This document shows positions 61,837 to 64,000 of a stretch of DNA of 64,000 bases, in pieces; within the stretch, counting starts at the first letter, position 1, and every line of letters begins with the position of its first letter. This DNA comes from Flaccisagitta enflata. Taxonomy: Eukaryota. Position numbers and translations under genes: made by a program. The stretch is taken from assembly GCA_965153355.1 (NCBI GenBank), contig OZ231126.1:16368001-16432000 (forward strand), written 5' to 3'. A model generated the notes under the pieces. That model saw nothing but the letters and a program-made list of their open reading frames with translations, did no database searches and was not told where the DNA came from.

Positions 61837-63460
61837 CAGGGCTCGGCAAAATTTTTTGCTTCCTGCGAGCAAAATTTCTCAAGCTGTATCTTCCTGCTAA
61901 AAAAGCGTATGATTTTTGCGTATGATTTTCACGTCAATTTTCCCCCATACTGAATAAAAGACAGCAAAATAAAAACAAGCACAGTACTATAAAACTCAGG
62001 GGTGTATATAATTGAGTCTCTTTTCTCTTCCCCCCCCCCCTGCCTTTGATTTTCTTTCCCGCAATGAATTGCATCATGTTTTCAAATCTATGATTTTCTT
62101 ACCCATAAAGTAATGTAACAGTGTAGTTAAGGTTTAGATAGTGTTAAATTGCGTTTTACTAATCAGTCCTTATGATTTGGTAATCCCGAAAGTTATGTTT
62201 TCCCCAACTTTTCTTTTTTTCTCTTTTTTCCCCTAAGATTTCCTTCCCCATCTCCAAACCCTTTGATTATATACAGGCCTGATAAAACTATGTATGGTTG
62301 TTGGTCCATCTTTCTGTCCATCCATTTGTCTGTCCCTTTCCTGTTTAAATTTTTGACTTTTTTTGGGTATTTTAAGGATGGAAGGTACTTATGGATGGAA
62401 GACAGGAAGGAAAGAAGGAAGAAATGGAAGGAGGGAAGCAAGGAAGGGAAAGTAGGAGGAAGGAAATGGAGGGAGGAAAGAAATGGAGGGAGGAAAGAAA
62501 GAAAGGCAGAAATAGAAGAGCAGGAAGAATGGAAGAAAAGAAAGAGAAGAAGGAAGGAAGGGAGTGAAGGGAGGGAGGAAAGAAAGGAAGAAAGGGATGG
62601 GAGTAAAGGAAGGGAGAAAAGAAGGAAGGAAGGAACTTTTTTTTCAATTCAGACTATTTTCAATACTTTTTAAGTTGTTTCGAATTATCACTGTGATAGC
62701 GTGTAATTTTGTTGTTTTGTAGTAGCAATAAGTAACAATAAGTCAAACAATAACAAGAAGTACCAAACAGTAATAAGTTTGGATGATGTGTATTTGAAAA
62801 ATGGAGCACACAATCGTTGCCCTGTTGGGCTTGTGCTATTTCTTTCTTCCTTCTTTCAGTTCTTTGCTTTCTTCTCTACTGCCCTTTCAATGCCTGTTCT
62901 TTCCTTTTTCCTTCCTTCCTTCCTTCCTTCCTTGCTTTTTTTGGTTCTTCCTTTCCTTCTTTCTTCCTTCCTTTCTTCCATCTATCCTAGCTACTTTTCT
63001 TTTTTCAAGACTCTCTTTCCTTCCTTACTGCTTTTTCGTTCAATACTGCCTTTCTCTTCCTTTAAATCTTCACCCAATTTTTTTGCTTCTTTTCTTCATT
63101 CCTTCCTTTTCTCCCTTTCTTCATCCCCTCCTGCCTTCCTACCTTACTTTCTTCCTACCTTCCTTTCTTCCGTCCATTCCTTCCTACCTTTCCTTCATTC
63201 CTTCCTGCTTTTTTGACAACCATTCTTTTACTTCCTGCCAATGTTCTATTTCCCCCTGTTTTCTTTTTATTGGCATTGGTTTCTCTCTTTTTTCTTTCTT
63301 TTTTCTTCCTTTTTCCTTTTTTTTTTTCTTTTTTTTTTTTTTCTTTTTTTCTTTTTCTTTCCTTTTTTCTTTTTCTTTCTCTTCCTTCCTTCCCTTCCTG
63401 CTGGCCTAGCTAGCTTCCTGCGAGCGCCGCTCGCGCGCTCGGCTACTTTGCCGAGCCCTG
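61837..63460. mobile_element. 1.6-kb non-autonomous hAT element inserted in a HINE
   Basis: TIR CAGGGCTCGGCAAA / TTTGCCGAGCCCTG; 8-bp TSD CACCCCGC. Confidence 0.9.
61997..62281. mobile_element. hAT MITE, copy 3 (nested)
   Basis: Same TIRs as copies 1 and 2; 8-bp TSD ATAAAACT. Confidence 0.9.
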
Positions 63461-64000
63461 CACCCCGCTATGTCGGTCCGTCGGTCCGTCGGTCGGTTGG
63501 TCCCCTTTTTACTTTTTTGGCGTTTTTGAGCTTTTTGAGCACACAGCTCCTGCCCAGACGCCCAAGTGACCTTCTCCAGCACTGCTCCTGCCCATCCGCA
63601 CGCGACTAGGGTAGCCGTGTATCCGGCCTTGTTTGAAAAAAATCCACAACTGACTATGATTTTTTTTTCTTGTGTTAAGGATTTTTAGTTGCGTGTTACG
63701 CGACTCTACACCCCGCTATGTCGGTCCGTTGATTGGTCAGTTGGTCGGTCGGTCGGTCGGTCCCTTTTATCGGGAAAAAAGTCGAAGTCAGTCTTCGACT
63801 TTTTGACATATTCGAGAGAAACAGGGTTTTCATTTTCTTATTGGGAAGTTGTGCATCTCATCCGGCTGATTGAGGCCTCCAATGAAATTTATAGGGTAAG
63901 TAAATTTGATTATTCTCTTTCATTTGGCACCAAGCAGAATTCTCTACGACAAATATTTTTCGCGCTATGATTTTTTAAAGATTTATTTACGAAAAATTTA

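Overview
AT-rich, microsatellite-dense eukaryotic (probably invertebrate animal) genomic DNA. Almost all ORF-track entries are artefacts of (AG)n, (CA)n, (CTT)n, (ATC)n and (GACR)n repeats. Reading splice signals by hand gives three genes. (1) A minus-strand gene for an acidic E/A/T/V/S/K-rich protein (ATG at 8341; exons at 7352-7404, possibly 4358-4456, and 858-1043; it continues off the left edge). (2) A plus-strand gene, essentially invisible in the ORF track, spanning at least 10270-58348. I reconstruct 36 exons totalling only 968 nt, of which 24 are 27 nt or shorter, including an apparent 2-nt exon; six introns start with the non-canonical GC donor GCGAGT. The exons join into one open frame of about 322 codons that I cannot assign to a family. 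(3) An intronless 336-aa seven-transmembrane GPCR-like ORF (47319-48329) nested on the same strand in an intron of gene 2, which could be spliced in frame to that gene's 2-nt exon. The introns are packed with non-autonomous DNA elements: Helentron/DINE-1-like HINEs and hAT-, Tc1/mariner-, Chapaev- and PIF/Harbinger-like MITEs, many with recognisable TIRs and TSDs and several nested. There is also a ~350-bp-unit composite tandem array at 33.5-36.2 kb. All gene models are manual inferences without RNA or homology support.
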